Shown: positions 12,701 to 26,377, numbered from the stretch's first letter. The stretch: 64,000 bases of DNA from Octopus sinensis (GCF_006345805.1 NC_042997.1:189162001-189226000); one strand, 5' to 3'. Notes: generated by a model not told the origin, from the sequence alone. Translations and numbers: made by a program.

Positions 12701-15700
12701 GTAATTCTAATTGATACTCTCCTTAATATTGAGCCTTTTGTAATTCTCTTTGCTACTCTCCTTAACATTGAGCCTTTTGTAATTCTCTTTGATACTCTCC
12801 TTAACATGAGCCTTTTGTAATTCTCTTTGCTACTCTCCTTAACATTGAGCCTTTTGTAATTCTAATTGATACTCTCCTTAATATTGAGCCTTTTGTAATT
12901 CTCTTTGCTACTCTCCTTAACATTGAGCCTTTTGTAATTCTCTTTGCTACTCTCCTTAACATTGAGCCTTTTGTAATTCTCTTTGCTACTCTCCTTAACA
13001 TTGAGCCTTTTGTAATTCTAATTGATACTCTCCTTAATATTGAGCCTTTTGTAATTCTCTTTGCTACTCTCCTTAACATTGAGCCTTTTGTAATTCTCAT
13101 TGATACTCTCCTTAACATTGAGCCTTTTGTAATTCCCATTGATACTCTCCTTAACATTGAGCCTTTTGTAATTCTCTTTGCTACTCTCCTTAACATTGAG
13201 CCCTTTTTAATTAAAATTGAGCCTTTTGTAATTCTCATTGATACCCCCTTAATATTGAGCCTTTTGTAATTCTCTTTGCTACTCTCCTTAACATTGAGCC
13301 TTTTGTAATTCTCTTTGATACTCTCCTTAACATTGAGCCTTTTGTAATTCTCTTTGCTACTCTCCTTAACATTGAGCCTTTTGTAATTCTCATTGATACT
13401 CTCCTTAACATTGAGCCTTTTGTAATTCTCCTTGCTACTCTCCTTAACATTGAGCCTTTTGTAATTCTCATTGCTACTCTCCTTAACATTGAGCCTTTTG
13501 TAATTCTCTTTGCTACTCTCTCTTAACATTGAGCCTTTTGTAATTAAAATTGAGCCTTTTGTAATTCTCTTTGATACTCTCCTTAACATTGAGCCTTTTG
13601 TAATTCTCTTTGCTACTCTCCTTAATATTGAGCCTTCTGTAATTCTCTTCGCTACTCTCCTTAACATTGAGCCTTTTGTAATTAAAATTGAGCCTTTTGT
13701 AATTCTCTTTGATACTCTCCTTAACATTGAGCCTTTTGTAATTCTCTTTGCTACTCTCCTTAATATTGAGCCTTCTGTAATTTGCTTTGCTACTCTCCTT
13801 AACATTGAGCCTTCTGTAATTCTCATTGATACTCTCCTTAACATTGAGCCTTTTGTAATTCTCATTGATACTCTCCTTAACATTGAGCCTTTTGTAATTC
13901 TCTTTGCTACTCTCCTTAACATTGAGCCTTTTGTAATTAAAATTGAGCCTTTTGTAATTCTCCTTGATACTCTCCTTAACATTGAGCCTTTTGTAATTCT
14001 CTTTGATACTCTCCTTAACATTGAGCCTTTTGTAATTCTCTTTGCTACACTCCTTAACATTGAGCCTTTTGTAATTCTCTTTGCTACTCTCCTTAATATT
14101 GAGCCTTTTGTAATTAAAATTGAGCCTTTTGTAATTCTCTTTGATACTCTCCTTAACATTGAGCCTTTTGTAATTCTCTTTGATACTCTCCTTAACATTG
14201 AGCCTTTTGTAATTCCCTTTGCTACTCTCCTTAACATTCAGCCGTTTGTAATTCTCATTGATACTCTCCTTAACATTGAGCCTTTTGTAATTCTCATTGA
14301 TAATCTCCTTAACATGAGCATTTTGTAATTCTCTTTGCTACTCTCCTTAACATTGAGCCTTTCGTAATTCTCTTTGATACTCTCCTTAACATGAGCCTTT
14401 TGTAATTCTCTTTGCTACTCTCCTTAACATAGAGCCTTTTGTAATTCTAATTGATACTCTCCTTAACATTGAGCCTTTTGTAATTCTCTTTGCTACTCTC
14501 CTTAACATTGAGCCTTTTGTAATTCTAATTGATACTCTCCTTAATATTGAGCCTTTTGTAATTCTCTTTGCTACTCTCCTTAACATGAGCCTTTTGTAAT
14601 TCTCTTTGCTACTCTCCTTAACATTGAGCCTTTTGTAATTCTCTTTGATACTCTCCTTAACATGAGCCTTTTGTAATTCTCTTTGCTACTCTCCTTAACA
14701 TTGAGCCTTTTGTGATTAACATTGAGCCTTTTGTAATTCTCTTTGCTACTCTCCTTAATATTGAGCCTTTTGTAATTCTCTTTGCTACTCTCCTTAACAT
14801 TGAGCTTTTGTAATTCTTTGCTACTCTCCTTAATATTGAGCCTTTTGTAATTCTCTTTGCTACTCTCCTTAACATTGAGCCTTTTGTAATTCTCATTGCT
14901 ACTCTCCTTAACATTGAGCCTTTTGTAATTCTCTTTGCTACTCTCCTTAACATTGAGCCTTTTGTAATTCTCATTGCTACTCTCCTTAACATTGAGCCTT
15001 TTGTAATTCTCTTTGCTCCTCTCCTTAACATAGAGCCTTTTGTAATTCTCTTTGCTACTCTCCTTAACATTGAGCCTTTGTAATTCTCTTTGCTACTCTC
15101 CTTAACATTGAGCCTTTTGTGATTAACATTGAGCCTTTTGTAATTCTCTTTGCTACTCTCTTAACATTGAGCCTTTGTAATTCTAATTGATACTCTCCTT
15201 AATATTGAGCCTTTTGTAATTCTCTTGCTACTCTCCTTAACATTGAGCCTTTTGTAATTCTAATTGATACTCTCCTTAATATTGAGCCTTTTGTAATTCT
15301 CTTTGCTACTCTCCTTAACATTGAGCCTTTTGTAATTCTCTTTGATACTCTCCTTAACATGAGCCTTTTGTAATTCTCTTTGCTACTCTCCTTAACATTG
15401 AGCCTTTTGTAATTCTAATTGATACTCTCCTTAACATTGAGCTTTTGTAATTCTCTTTGCTACTCTCCTTAACATTGAGCCTTTTGTAATTCTCTTTGCT
15501 ACTTCCTTAACATTGAGCCTTTTGTAATTCTCTTTGCTACTCTCCTTAACATTGAGCCTTTTGTAATTCTAATTGATACTCTCCTTAATATTGAGCCTTT
15601 TGTAATTCTCTTTGCTACTCTCCTTAACATTGAGCCTTTTGTAATTCTCATTGATACTCTCCTTAACATTGAGCCTTTTGTAATTCCCATTGATACTCTC

Positions 15701-18700
15701 CTTAACATTGAGCCTTTTGTAATTCCCTTTGCTACTCTCCTTAACATTGAGCCTTTTTTAATTAAAATTGAGCCTTTTGTAATTCTCATTGATACCCCCT
15801 TAATATTGAGCCTTTTGTAATTCTCTTTGCTACTCTCTTAACATTGAGCCTTTTGTAATTCTCTTGATACTCTCCTTAACATTGAGCCTTTTGTAATTCT
15901 CTTTGCTACTCTCCTTAACATTGAGCCTTTTGTAATTCTCATTGCTACTCTCCTTAACATTGAGCCTTTTGTAATTCTTTGCTACTCTCTTAACATTGAG
16001 CCTTTGTAATTAAAATTGAGCCTTTTGTAATTAACATTGAGCCTTTGTAATTCTCTTTGATACTCTCCTTAACATGAGCCTTTTGTAATTCTCTTTGCTA
16101 CTCTCCTTAATATTGAGCCTTCTGTAATTCTCTTCGCTACTCTCCTTAACATGAGCCTTTGTAATTAAAATTGAGCCTTTGTAATTCTCTTTGATACTCT
16201 CCTTAACATTGAGCCTTTTGTAATTCTCTTTGCTACTCTCCTTAATTGAGCCTTTGTAATTTGCTTTGCTACTCTCCTTAACATTGAGCCTTCTGTAATT
16301 CTCATTGATACTCTCCTTAACATTGAGCCTTTGTAATTCTCATTGATACTCTCCTTAACATTGAGCCTTTGTAATTCTCTTTGCTACTCTCCTCTTAACA
16401 TTGAGCCTTTGTAATTAAAATTGAGCCTTTTGTAATTCTCCTTGATACTCTCCTTAACATTGAGCCTTTTGTAATTCTCTTTGATACTCTCCTTAACATG
16501 AGCCTTTTGTAATTCTCTTTGCTACACTCCTTAACATTGAGCCTTTTGTAATTCTCTTTGCTACTCTTCTTAATATTGAGCCTTTGTAATTAAAATTGAG
16601 CCTTTTGTAATTCTCTTTGATACTCTCCTTAACATTGAGCCTTTTTTAATTCTCATTGATACTCTCCTTATTATTGAGCCTTTTGTAATTCTCTTTGCTA
16701 CTCTCCTTAACATTGAGCCTTCTGTAATTCTCTTTGCTACTCTCCTTAATATTGAGCCTTCTGTAATTCTCTTTGCTACTCTCCTTAACATTGAGCCTTT
16801 TGTAATTCTCATTGATACTCTCCTTAATATTGAGCCTTTTGCAATTCTCTTTGCTACTCTCCTTAACATTGAGCCTTTTGTAATTCTCATTGCTACTCTC
16901 CTTAATATTGAGCTTTTGTATTCTCTTTGATACTCTCCTTAACATGAGCGCCTTTTAGTATTCCTCTTTGCTACCTCTCCTCCTTAATATTGAGCCTTCT
17001 GTAATTCTCATTGATCCTCCCTTAACATTGAGCCTTTTGTAATTCTCTTTGCTACTCTCCTTAACATTGAGCCTCTTGTAATTCTCTTTGATACTCTCCT
17101 TAACATTGAGCGTTTTGTAATTCTCTTTGCTACTCTCCTTAACATTGAGCCTTTTGTAATTCTCTTTCCTACTCTCCTTAACATCGAGCCTTTTGTAATT
17201 CTCATTGATACTCTCCTTAACATTGAGTCTTTTGTAATTATCTTTGCTACTCTCCTTAACATTGAGCCTTTTGTAATTCTCATTGATACTCTCCTTGATA
17301 TTGAGCCTTTTGTAATTCTCTTTGATACTCTCCTTAACATTGAGCCTTTTGTAATTCTCTTTGATACTCTCCTTAATATTGAGCCTTTTGTAATTCTCAT
17401 GCTACTCTCCTTAACATTGAGCCTTCTGTAATTCTCTTTGGTACTCTCCTTAATATTGAGCCTTCTGTAATTCTCTTTGCTACTCTCCTTAACATTGAGC
17501 CTTTTGTAATTCTCATTGATACTCTCGTTAATATTGAGCCTTTTGCAATTCTCTTTGCTACTCCCCTTAACATTGAGCCTTTTGTAATTCTCATTGATAC
17601 TCTCCTTAATATTGAGCCTTTTGTAATTCTCTTTGATACTCTCCTTAACATTGAGCCTTTTGTAATTCTCTTTGCTACTCTCCTTAATATTGAGCCTTTT
17701 GTAATTCTCATTGATACTCCCTTAACATTGAGCCTTTTGTAATTATCTTTGCTACTCTCCTTAATATTGAGCCTTTTGTAATTCTCTTTGCTACTCTCCT
17801 TAACATTGAGCCTTTTGTAATTCTCATTGATACTCTCCTTAACATTGAGCCTTCTGTAATTCTCTTTGATACTCTCCTTAATATTGAGCCTTTTGCAATT
17901 CTCTTTGCTACTCTCCTTAACATTGAGCCTTTTGTAATTCTCATTGATACTCTCCTTAATATTGAGCCTTTTGTAATTCTCTTTGATACTCTCCTTAACA
18001 TTGAGCCTTTTGTAATTCTCTTTGCTACTCTCCTTAATATTGAGCCTTTTGTAATTCTCATCGATACTCCCTTAACATTGAGCCTTTTGTAATTATCTTT
18101 GCTACTCTCCTTAATATTGAGCTTTTGTAATTCTCTTTGTACTCTCCTTAACATGAGCCTTTTGTAATCTCTTTGCTACTCTCCTTAACATTGAGCTTTT
18201 GTAATTCTCATTGATACTCTCCTTAATTTTGAGCCTTCTGTAATTCTCTTGCTACTCTCCTTAACATTGAGCCTTTTGTAATTCTCTTGATACTCTCCTT
18301 AACATTGAGCCTTTTGTAATTCTCTTTGCTACTCTCCTTAACATGAGCCTTTTGTAATTCTCATTGATACTCTCCTTAATATTGAGCCTGTTGTAATTCT
18401 CTTTGATACTCTCCTTAACATTGAGCCTTTTGTAATTCTCATTGATACTCTCCTTAATATTGAGCCTTTTGTAATTCTCTTTGCTACTCTCCTTAACATT
18501 GAGCCTTCTGTAATTCTCATTGCTACTCTCCTTAATATTGAGCCTTCTGTAATTCTCTTTGCTACTCTCCTTAACATTGAGCCTTTTGTAATTCTCTTTG
18601 CTACTCTCCTTAACATTGAGCCTTTTGTAATTCTCATCGATACTCTCCTTAACATTGAGCCTTTTGTAATTCTCTTTGCTACTCTCCTTAACATTGAGCC

Positions 18701-19670
18701 TTCTGTAATTCTCATTGCTACTCTCCTTAATATTGAGCCTTTTGTAATTCTCTTTGCTACTCTCCTTAATATTGAGCCTTTTGTAATTCTCATCGATACT
18801 CCCTTAATATTGAGCCTTTTGTAATTATCTTTGCTACTCTCCTTAATATTGAGCCTTTTGTAATTCTCTTTGCTACTCTCCTTAACATTGAGCCTTTTGT
18901 AATTCTCATTGATACTCTCCTTAATTTTGAGCCTTCTGTAATTCTCTTTGCTACTCTCCTTAACATTGAGCCTTTTGTAATTCTCATTGATACTCTCCTT
19001 AACATTGAGCCTTTTGTAATTCTCTTTGCTACTCTCCTTAACATTGAGCCTTTTGTAATTCTCATTGATACTCTCCTTAATATTGAGCCTGTTGTAATTC
19101 TCTTTGATACTCTCCTTAACATTGAGCCTTTTTTAATTCTCATTGATACTCTCTTTAATATTGAGCCTTTTGTAATTCTCTTTGCTACTCTCCTTAACAT
19201 TGAGCCTTCTGTAATTCTCATTGCTACTCTCCTTAATATTGAACCTTCTGTAATCCTCTTTGCTACTCTCCTTAACATTGAGCCTTTTGTAATTCTCTTT
19301 GCTACTCTCCTTAACATTGAGCCTTTTGTAATTCTCATCGATACTCTCCTTAACATTGAGCCTTTTGTAATTCTCTTTGCTACTCTCCTTAACATTGAGC
19401 CTTTTGTAATTCTCATTGATACTCTCCTTAACATTGAGCCTTTTGTAATTCTGTTTGATACTCTCCTTAACATTGAGTCTTTTTTAATTCTCTTTGCTAC
19501 TCTCCTTAATATTGAGCCTTCTGTAATTCTCTTTGCTACTCTCCTTAACATTGAGTCTTTTGTAATTCTCTTTGCTACTCTCCTTAACATTGAGCCTTTT
19601 GTAATTCTCTTTGCTACTCTCCTTAATATTGAGCCTTTTGTAATTCTCTTTGCTACTCCTTAACCTGAGC
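9725..19670. repeat. ~10-kb minisatellite array, 39-bp unit AACATTGAGCCTTTTGTAATTCTCTTTGCTACTCTCCTT (~255 copies), with 21-bp short variants and higher-order repeats
   Basis: Unit read directly from the sequence; 21-bp variants such as AACATTGAGCCTTTTGTGATT; degenerate first and last units at both edges. Confidence 0.97.
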
Positions 19671-21502
19671 CCTTGTGGTCAACAGTAAAAATCGTTGTTC
19701 GGTTACACTAGTAATTAACTGTTCGTATGCTGTTTTGTCACGTTCTCGTTACAGTCGTCGGTTTTCAATAATATAACATAACTTATGAAGAGGAATCATT
19801 TATAAAATCGAGTGTCAACAAATCAGATTCAGTACTTAAAGATTTATTTCTTCGAATTTCTGTGTTAAATCAGAGATCATTTGTGATACAGAAGATCTTA
19901 GTGACACTCTATTTTCTGAAGAATTTCTTTAATATTTTTTTCGGGAACACAAAAAGTGTAGCTCTTTGCCTTGGTTAACATACGAATGTAAAGAAATGTT
20001 TTAGGTAAAAGATATTTCATTCAAGAATTGCTTATTTATGAAGTGAAATACTACACAGCTAAAACATTCTAAAAAGTGATTAGTTAATGAAATTCAGCCA
20101 TAATGCCTTTTCTTTTGTTTACCAAAGTCTAAGTGTGTTTCTTTGAATGACTCATTTACGAGTGCAGAATGTCAAAGCAATAACAAAAAGAAAGCTCATT
20201 TATGCATGTGTGATTGCAATTTTGTTCTTTTATTAGAATGCGTTTTTTTAATGCTTGAAATATTTTTTGCTCTGTGCCTGGTTGCAGAGAGCAGTCATCA
20301 GCGTATCCTCTTAGCAACTGGCTATTTCACACAACAGTCACATAACAGCCATTATACCAGCGCTCTAATGCAGCAGTTTATGATGCATGAAAGAAGAAGA
20401 CATGTACTTTTTTTTAATGTATAATCTTTGTTTCTTTAGAACCATTAATAGATTAGTTAGCTTGCCGTTGGATAACAATACAATGCTAAAACAAACAAAC
20501 AAAATAAACAACACAAGGTACGGCAGCTCTTAAAAGAAAGAGTAACGTCCCTTGATAGCATATTTGAGAAGAAATGACGTCAGTGGAGTGATAATGATGG
20601 TACTTGTTTCTGGTTACACCCTCGTGTACCTGGAGTTCATTGTAGCGCCGTTGCATGTTGTTTTCTGTAAAAGATGAAACAATAGCGTCATGCAGGAAAT
20701 AAAACACCGACAAGAAAAGACGCACAAAGAAAGTATCATATTACCAACTTATATTTTCTTTCTTGTCAGAATATATTAATATTCTGACAACAAGAAAAGA
20801 CAGAAAAAAACAAGAAAAGAAAAAAAGCATGTGAGGGCAGTTTTTCCGCATGATGATCAGACATAACCATAGACATATCTTTTTCATGCAGAATTTATAT
20901 TGTCTACAAAAATCAGCATTCGACATGTATATCTTCATTTTCATTCTGCATCAGACTAACTCACAAAATGCTATAAAAACATTTACATCTAATTTAAGAA
21001 CATTCCGGCTTTTACACATTTTTTTTAAAAACAACAAATGAATTTTCTTTCATTTTTCTTATACCGCGCTCATTTTAAGTGCATCTTATACACTTAAAAA
21101 TTGGTTTCGGTTTATAATGCGTAAAATCCACATCGTCTGAGAATGTGTTGTAGAGAATCTTTCCAACAGAAATTCACAGCCACATGGCCTCTAAACTTTA
21201 AGTGAAATGGTTGTGCAGTTTATTTTCTTTTCAGTTTTAAATTCAGCCACTGTGATAACATAGGAAACCAATGTTTCTCTGATCAGTCTACATAAGACAA
21301 ATCAGTTTAGTATTTGAGAACTGTCGTTGCAAAACTGACCTTAAATCACTCTTTAAAGTGAATTCTTTTGTATGTGGAAGACAAGCATAAGTACTATATA
21401 TCTCAGAGAAAACAATGATAAAGTTTCTTCCTTTCTTCCCGTTTGTAAGAAAGATCATCACGAAAACAAGTACGTGAACTTCCTGAAAATTGAGTTTGTT
21501 AC

Positions 21503-21607
<105 letters not shown>

Positions 21608-22255
21608 ATACGCATATGTAAATATATGCACATATACACCAACCCCTGCTGCTAAGCGTAAGCTATAAACAATTTTTTAAGATATCGAATTTCGATACAG
21701 GAAAAACGACATTGCGTAAATAAACCACTATTGTTTCTGAAAGTTATTTTCTATACTTTCTACGGACTGCTCAAAGCTTACTATCTTTCTACACCTTGAT
21801 CTTACCTTTACTTATTACTATATATATATACATATGTATATATATCTCGTTGCTATTATGTTAAACTGTTGTATGTCCAAATTTGGGCAAATGCGTTTTT
21901 TCCACTATTTAATTTGCTTGTAGTAGCCAGTTCTTTTGGTCAAACTATTGTATCTCCAGCTACTTCGATGCCAAGATATGAAAATTGTCAAAGTGCAGTA
22001 CAACGGTTCAGCATTTTTCAAGAATGTAGTTAGTCCCACATATGACTGTTTTACAAAAATATTTCTGACTGAAAATATCACACATACATGGAGTTACGAT
22101 TTTATGCACCCAACAAAGTATTATTGTTAAGCTGAAACTGTTGCTAAAGTAAAAAGAAACGGAATGGTGAAACTATGTTTTCATTTCCTGTAAAAGCAAC
22201 GTTTTGGACTTACGACACTTTTGCATAATAGCAACGATACATACACAAAGATACT

Positions 22256-22716
22256 CGTTGTTATATTCTTGTTGTTTGCATTTGTAATTGTGTACATGTT
22301 CTCATTTTTGTCCTTGTTGCCGTACACATTCGCTAGCTTTCTTACAAAAAATCTAATGCTCTTAGCTTAGACTTTTTTTGGGGCAACCAGATTGAACTGT
22401 CTCAAGTGTAACTGCCCGAAACGTTAACGACATCTGGTCACTTCACTGAAGAAAGAAGGCCACGAATGGCCTGTCCTTTTTTACCCTGTCCTAATTATTG
22501 TTTCTCTTGTCCGCCTTTTGTATCGTCTATATGTCCGAATGCTTTATTGTCCTCTATTGAGTATTTGTCCCATTTTTATATTTATATATACATACAGCGG
22601 TGTACGTACACACTTGTGCTCACCTTATAGTAAGTGCATATCTAAATTTTGTACGACTCTTTTACTCTATCTTTTAGTTCCCCCATACTTTCTTCCTCTT
22701 TTCTTTTTCTCGCTAC

Positions 22717-22754
<38 letters not shown>

Positions 22755-23135
22755 TTTCTCACACTTTTCCTCCTCAATTATTTCCTATGTCCCTGCCTTT
22801 AGGTTTTCACTTCATACACGCCTGCTCAATTTGATTCATTCTTAGTCGAAAGACACCTGTTGTTATATTCTTGTTGCTGCGTACCATGTTCTCTGATTTT
22901 GTCCTTGTTGCCGAATACATTCACTAGGTTTCTCACAAAAAGTCTAATGCTCTTATCTTAGACGTTTTTGGGAGCAACCAGATCGGACTGTCTCAAGTGT
23001 AACTGCCCGAAACGGTAACGACATCTGGTCACTTGACTGAAGAAAAAAGACCACAAATGATCCGTCCTTTTTTTCCCTGTTCTTCTAATCGTTGCTTCGC
23101 CTGTTCGCCTTTGCATCGCCTATGTGTCCGAATGT
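22256..23135 (+). repeat. Two diverged ~290-bp direct repeats (22256-22545 and 22858-23135), Penelope pseudo-LTR-like
   Basis: Shared GTTGTTATATTCTTGTTG..TCTAATGCTCTTA.CTTAGAC..GTGTAACTGCCCGAAACG.TAACGACATCTGGTCACTT.ACTGAAGAAA..GTCCGAATG; related modules at ~29745 and ~63345. Confidence 0.6.
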
Positions 23136-23280
23136 GTGCATGAGAGAGTACACAAAGACAAGGAAAAATAGTGTAAAGAATTATACTTTCAAATTAGACA
23201 GATAGATAAAAAGATAGCAAGATATACATAAATATCTCTCTCTTTCTCTCTGTATATATATATATATATTATATATATAT

Positions 23281-23330
<50 letters not shown>

Positions 23331-23367
23331 CATGTCTGCCTGTTTATATATGTATGTATTATGTATG

Positions 23368-23398
<31 letters not shown>

Positions 23399-23427
23399 GT
23401 ATGTATGTATGTATGTATGTATGTATG

Positions 23428-23458
<31 letters not shown>

Positions 23459-24212
23459 ATTGCTGGTGACATTTTTGATAAATTACTAACAGATAATGGA
23501 TAAAGGAAAAGGTTTAACTTGCATCAGATATGAATGAAGACTGACTAAAAAGAAAATGTACTTCTGTTTGTATTGGCTAATAAATACCAATGTAACCTTG
23601 ATAATGACAAGTCAATTATACGTACCACCACAAGCTGTTTAAGACTCTAATAACGAAGACTTCCTTAAAGTCTGAAACTACTGAGATTTCGACCAAAGAA
23701 AAGTTAGAAAGCTTCAAGACTGGTCTTCAATGTAGCATTTAATATCGAACGTCTTAAAAACGACACGGATTTCCAGATCCCGGTAAACAGCTATTTAGAG
23801 TAAGCAATATGTCCTAGAATTAACTGTAATTAGAACTGTCAGAGACATTAGATTACAATAGTATTACAATAGTCTTAATTACTGTCTGAACCGATTGCCT
23901 TATCTATTAACCATTCGTTCATGGTGCAATCTTTGTGAAGTCTCTACATTTCCAGGTCAGGCAACAGTGCAGTCATGTCAATGTCTGGTCATTTTGTATC
24001 AACTAACAAAGCTTTTAGGACTTTATCAATGACTATTTTAATAATATTGAGAGCGGTTTATATTTTAGAAAAAGGTGTTCAATTGTAAGAACGAAGAGGT
24101 GTTGTTATTTGGATCCAAAAGCATTCAAGACAGCATCCCCCCACCGCACGCCATATATTACTTTATCCAGGAATCGTGTAGCCTCGACTAGATTACTCTT
24201 TTAGAAGAGTAA

Positions 24213-24384
24213 TGTTTCAGTCATTTGACTGCGGCCATGCTGGAGCACCGCCTTTAGTCGAGCAAATCGACCCCAGGACTTATTCTTTGTAAGCCTAGTA
24301 CTTATTCTATCGGTCTCTTTTGCCGAACCGCTAAGTTACAGGGACGTAAACACGCCAGCCTCGGTTGTCAAGCGATGTCGGGGA

Positions 24385-24434
<50 letters not shown>

Positions 24435-24602
24435 TATATACGACGGGCTTCTTTCAGTTTCCGTCTACCAAATCCACTCACAAGGCTTTGGTCGGCCCGA
24501 GGCTATAGTAGAAGACACTTGTCCAAGGTGCCGCGCAGTGGGAATGAATCCGGAAGCATGTGGTTCGTAAGCAAGCTACTTGCCTCACAGAGACTCCTGC
24601 GC
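24213..24602 (-). mobile_element. SINE family A, full length
   Basis: Reverse complement of the 796-1218 type, with internal (CA)n. Confidence 0.88.
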
Positions 24603-25146
24603 TTTTATTCAATATATCTTTTTCTTTTTTTAAAAAATATAACAAACCGATTAGGCATACTTTGAAGGTGACTTGACGGCTATGTCTAGAAGGTCGAGCG
24701 ACTACGCAGAAGCTTCCTCGTTGTTGATAATGTTACCGCTTCTGCTATATAGCTCTTGGTTAACTCACAAGCGTTCCAGTCGTGACAAGCCTGTCTTTTG
24801 TTTTAAGAATAGGATACACATTATTGTAGTGTATCCTTTACTTTATTTTATCAACCTCGAAAAGATGAAATGTAAAGACGACCTCGGCGAAATTTGAACT
24901 CAGAACGCAAGATCTGACGAAATGCCGTTAAGAGTTTTGTCGGTAGTGTTAACGATTCTGCCAATTATACCAATGTAGTAGGGTGGTTTTCGTCGTTTCT
25001 TAGGGCGCAGAAGTCTTTAGTTTTGTATACGCATGTCTGTGTGTTTGCACGTGTAGATGCGTTGTACTCACGCAAACACACATGCACGAACAAGCGCATG
25101 CATTTTTGTACACACGTACGCGTGGTGTTTGCATATGTCTATATAT

Positions 25147-25305
25147 ACTCTTTTACTCGTTTCAGTCATTAGACTGTGGCCATGCTGGAGCACCGCCTTT
25201 AGTCGAGCAAATCGCCCCCAGGACTTATTCTTTGTAAGCCTAGTACTTATTCTATCGGGCTCGTTTGCCGAACCGCTAAGTTACGGGGACGTAAACACAC
25301 ACACA

Positions 25306-25355
<50 letters not shown>

Positions 25356-25526
25356 CATATATACGACGGGCTTCTTTCAGTTTCCGTCTACCAAATTCAC
25401 TCACAAGGCTTTGGTCGGCCCAAGGCTATAGTAGAAGACAGTTGCCCAAGGTGCCACGCAGTGGACTGAACCCGGAACCATGTGGTTTGGTAAGCAACCT
25501 ACTTACCACACAGCCACTCCTACACC
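25147..25526 (-). mobile_element. SINE family A, full length
   Basis: Same family as 24213-24602; followed by a diverged family B remnant at ~25545-25685. Confidence 0.88.
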
Positions 25527-25986
25527 TAGCTACTTACCACACAACAGGTACTTAATTTATCGACTCCAAAGGATGAAAGACTAAATCGGCTTCAACAGAA
25601 TTTGAACCCAGAACGTAAAGAGGGATGAAATTTCGTCAAGCATCTTGTTCGGCATGCCAATGATGCTGCTTGCTCTCCGCCTTACAACAACTCCAAAATA
25701 TTAACAGGTGAAATCTGACTGAGACCGCAAAAAACCCGTAATAACGCAAAGCCTTTTCGTCGGCTCTCTAACGCTTTAGCAGATACACTATACTGAAGAC
25801 CACTTTCTCGTCTTACTTTAGATACAACAATAGGAAACAAGCATGAGAATATTTACCACAATCATATTGCCATTTTCTATCCTCCGAATAATATGCATCT
25901 CGGCACCTTGTAGACTCTCTCCCGTATGTTTCTCAACGAATTTATCTCCATCAGCTGTAATGATACTCTGCAAAAGAAAATGCAAG

Positions 25987-26040
<54 letters not shown>

Positions 26041-26368
26041 TCATGTTTGATTTTTGCTTTACGTTTGTACAAGTTGGCTCCAAGTCTCACCCAGAGACCT
26101 CAAGAGACAACAAGTTGGAAGTTCATGTTGGTGTTATGCCTAGGGTGCCATATATTTCGTTTTGTACATAGTGTTGTTCTAGAGAATGTTTAAGAAACCA
26201 TAAGAAAATTATGTTTGTTTTAAAACTTGAGATTACATAGAAAGTATTTTGCGTAGGATATGAGCAGTTCCCATGAGCACTATCTTTAGAATTTATACCA
26301 TTTTGGGGTTTTCTGGTATTTGAGCTAGGTAGCTATCAGCTCCTTTTGCTATCATTCCCAGGGCACCT
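26041..26368 (-). mobile_element. Dong/R4-clade (RLE) non-LTR retrotransposon 3' fragment
   Basis: Minus strand reads IIGALGMIAKGADSYLAQIP..KIVLMGTAHILRKILSM*, then 3' UTR and (TAA)n tail; (TAA)n/(CAA)n repeats also lie on the 5' side. Confidence 0.8.
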
Positions 26369-26377
26369 ATTATTATT

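Noticed and set aside
9725-19670. CRISPR-like array
   Set aside because: The units are contiguous with no unique spacers, there are no cas genes and the context is eukaryotic; this is a minisatellite.
20143-20424. 93-aa plus-strand ORF
   Set aside because: No recognisable domain, AT-rich composition and no convincing splice or start context.
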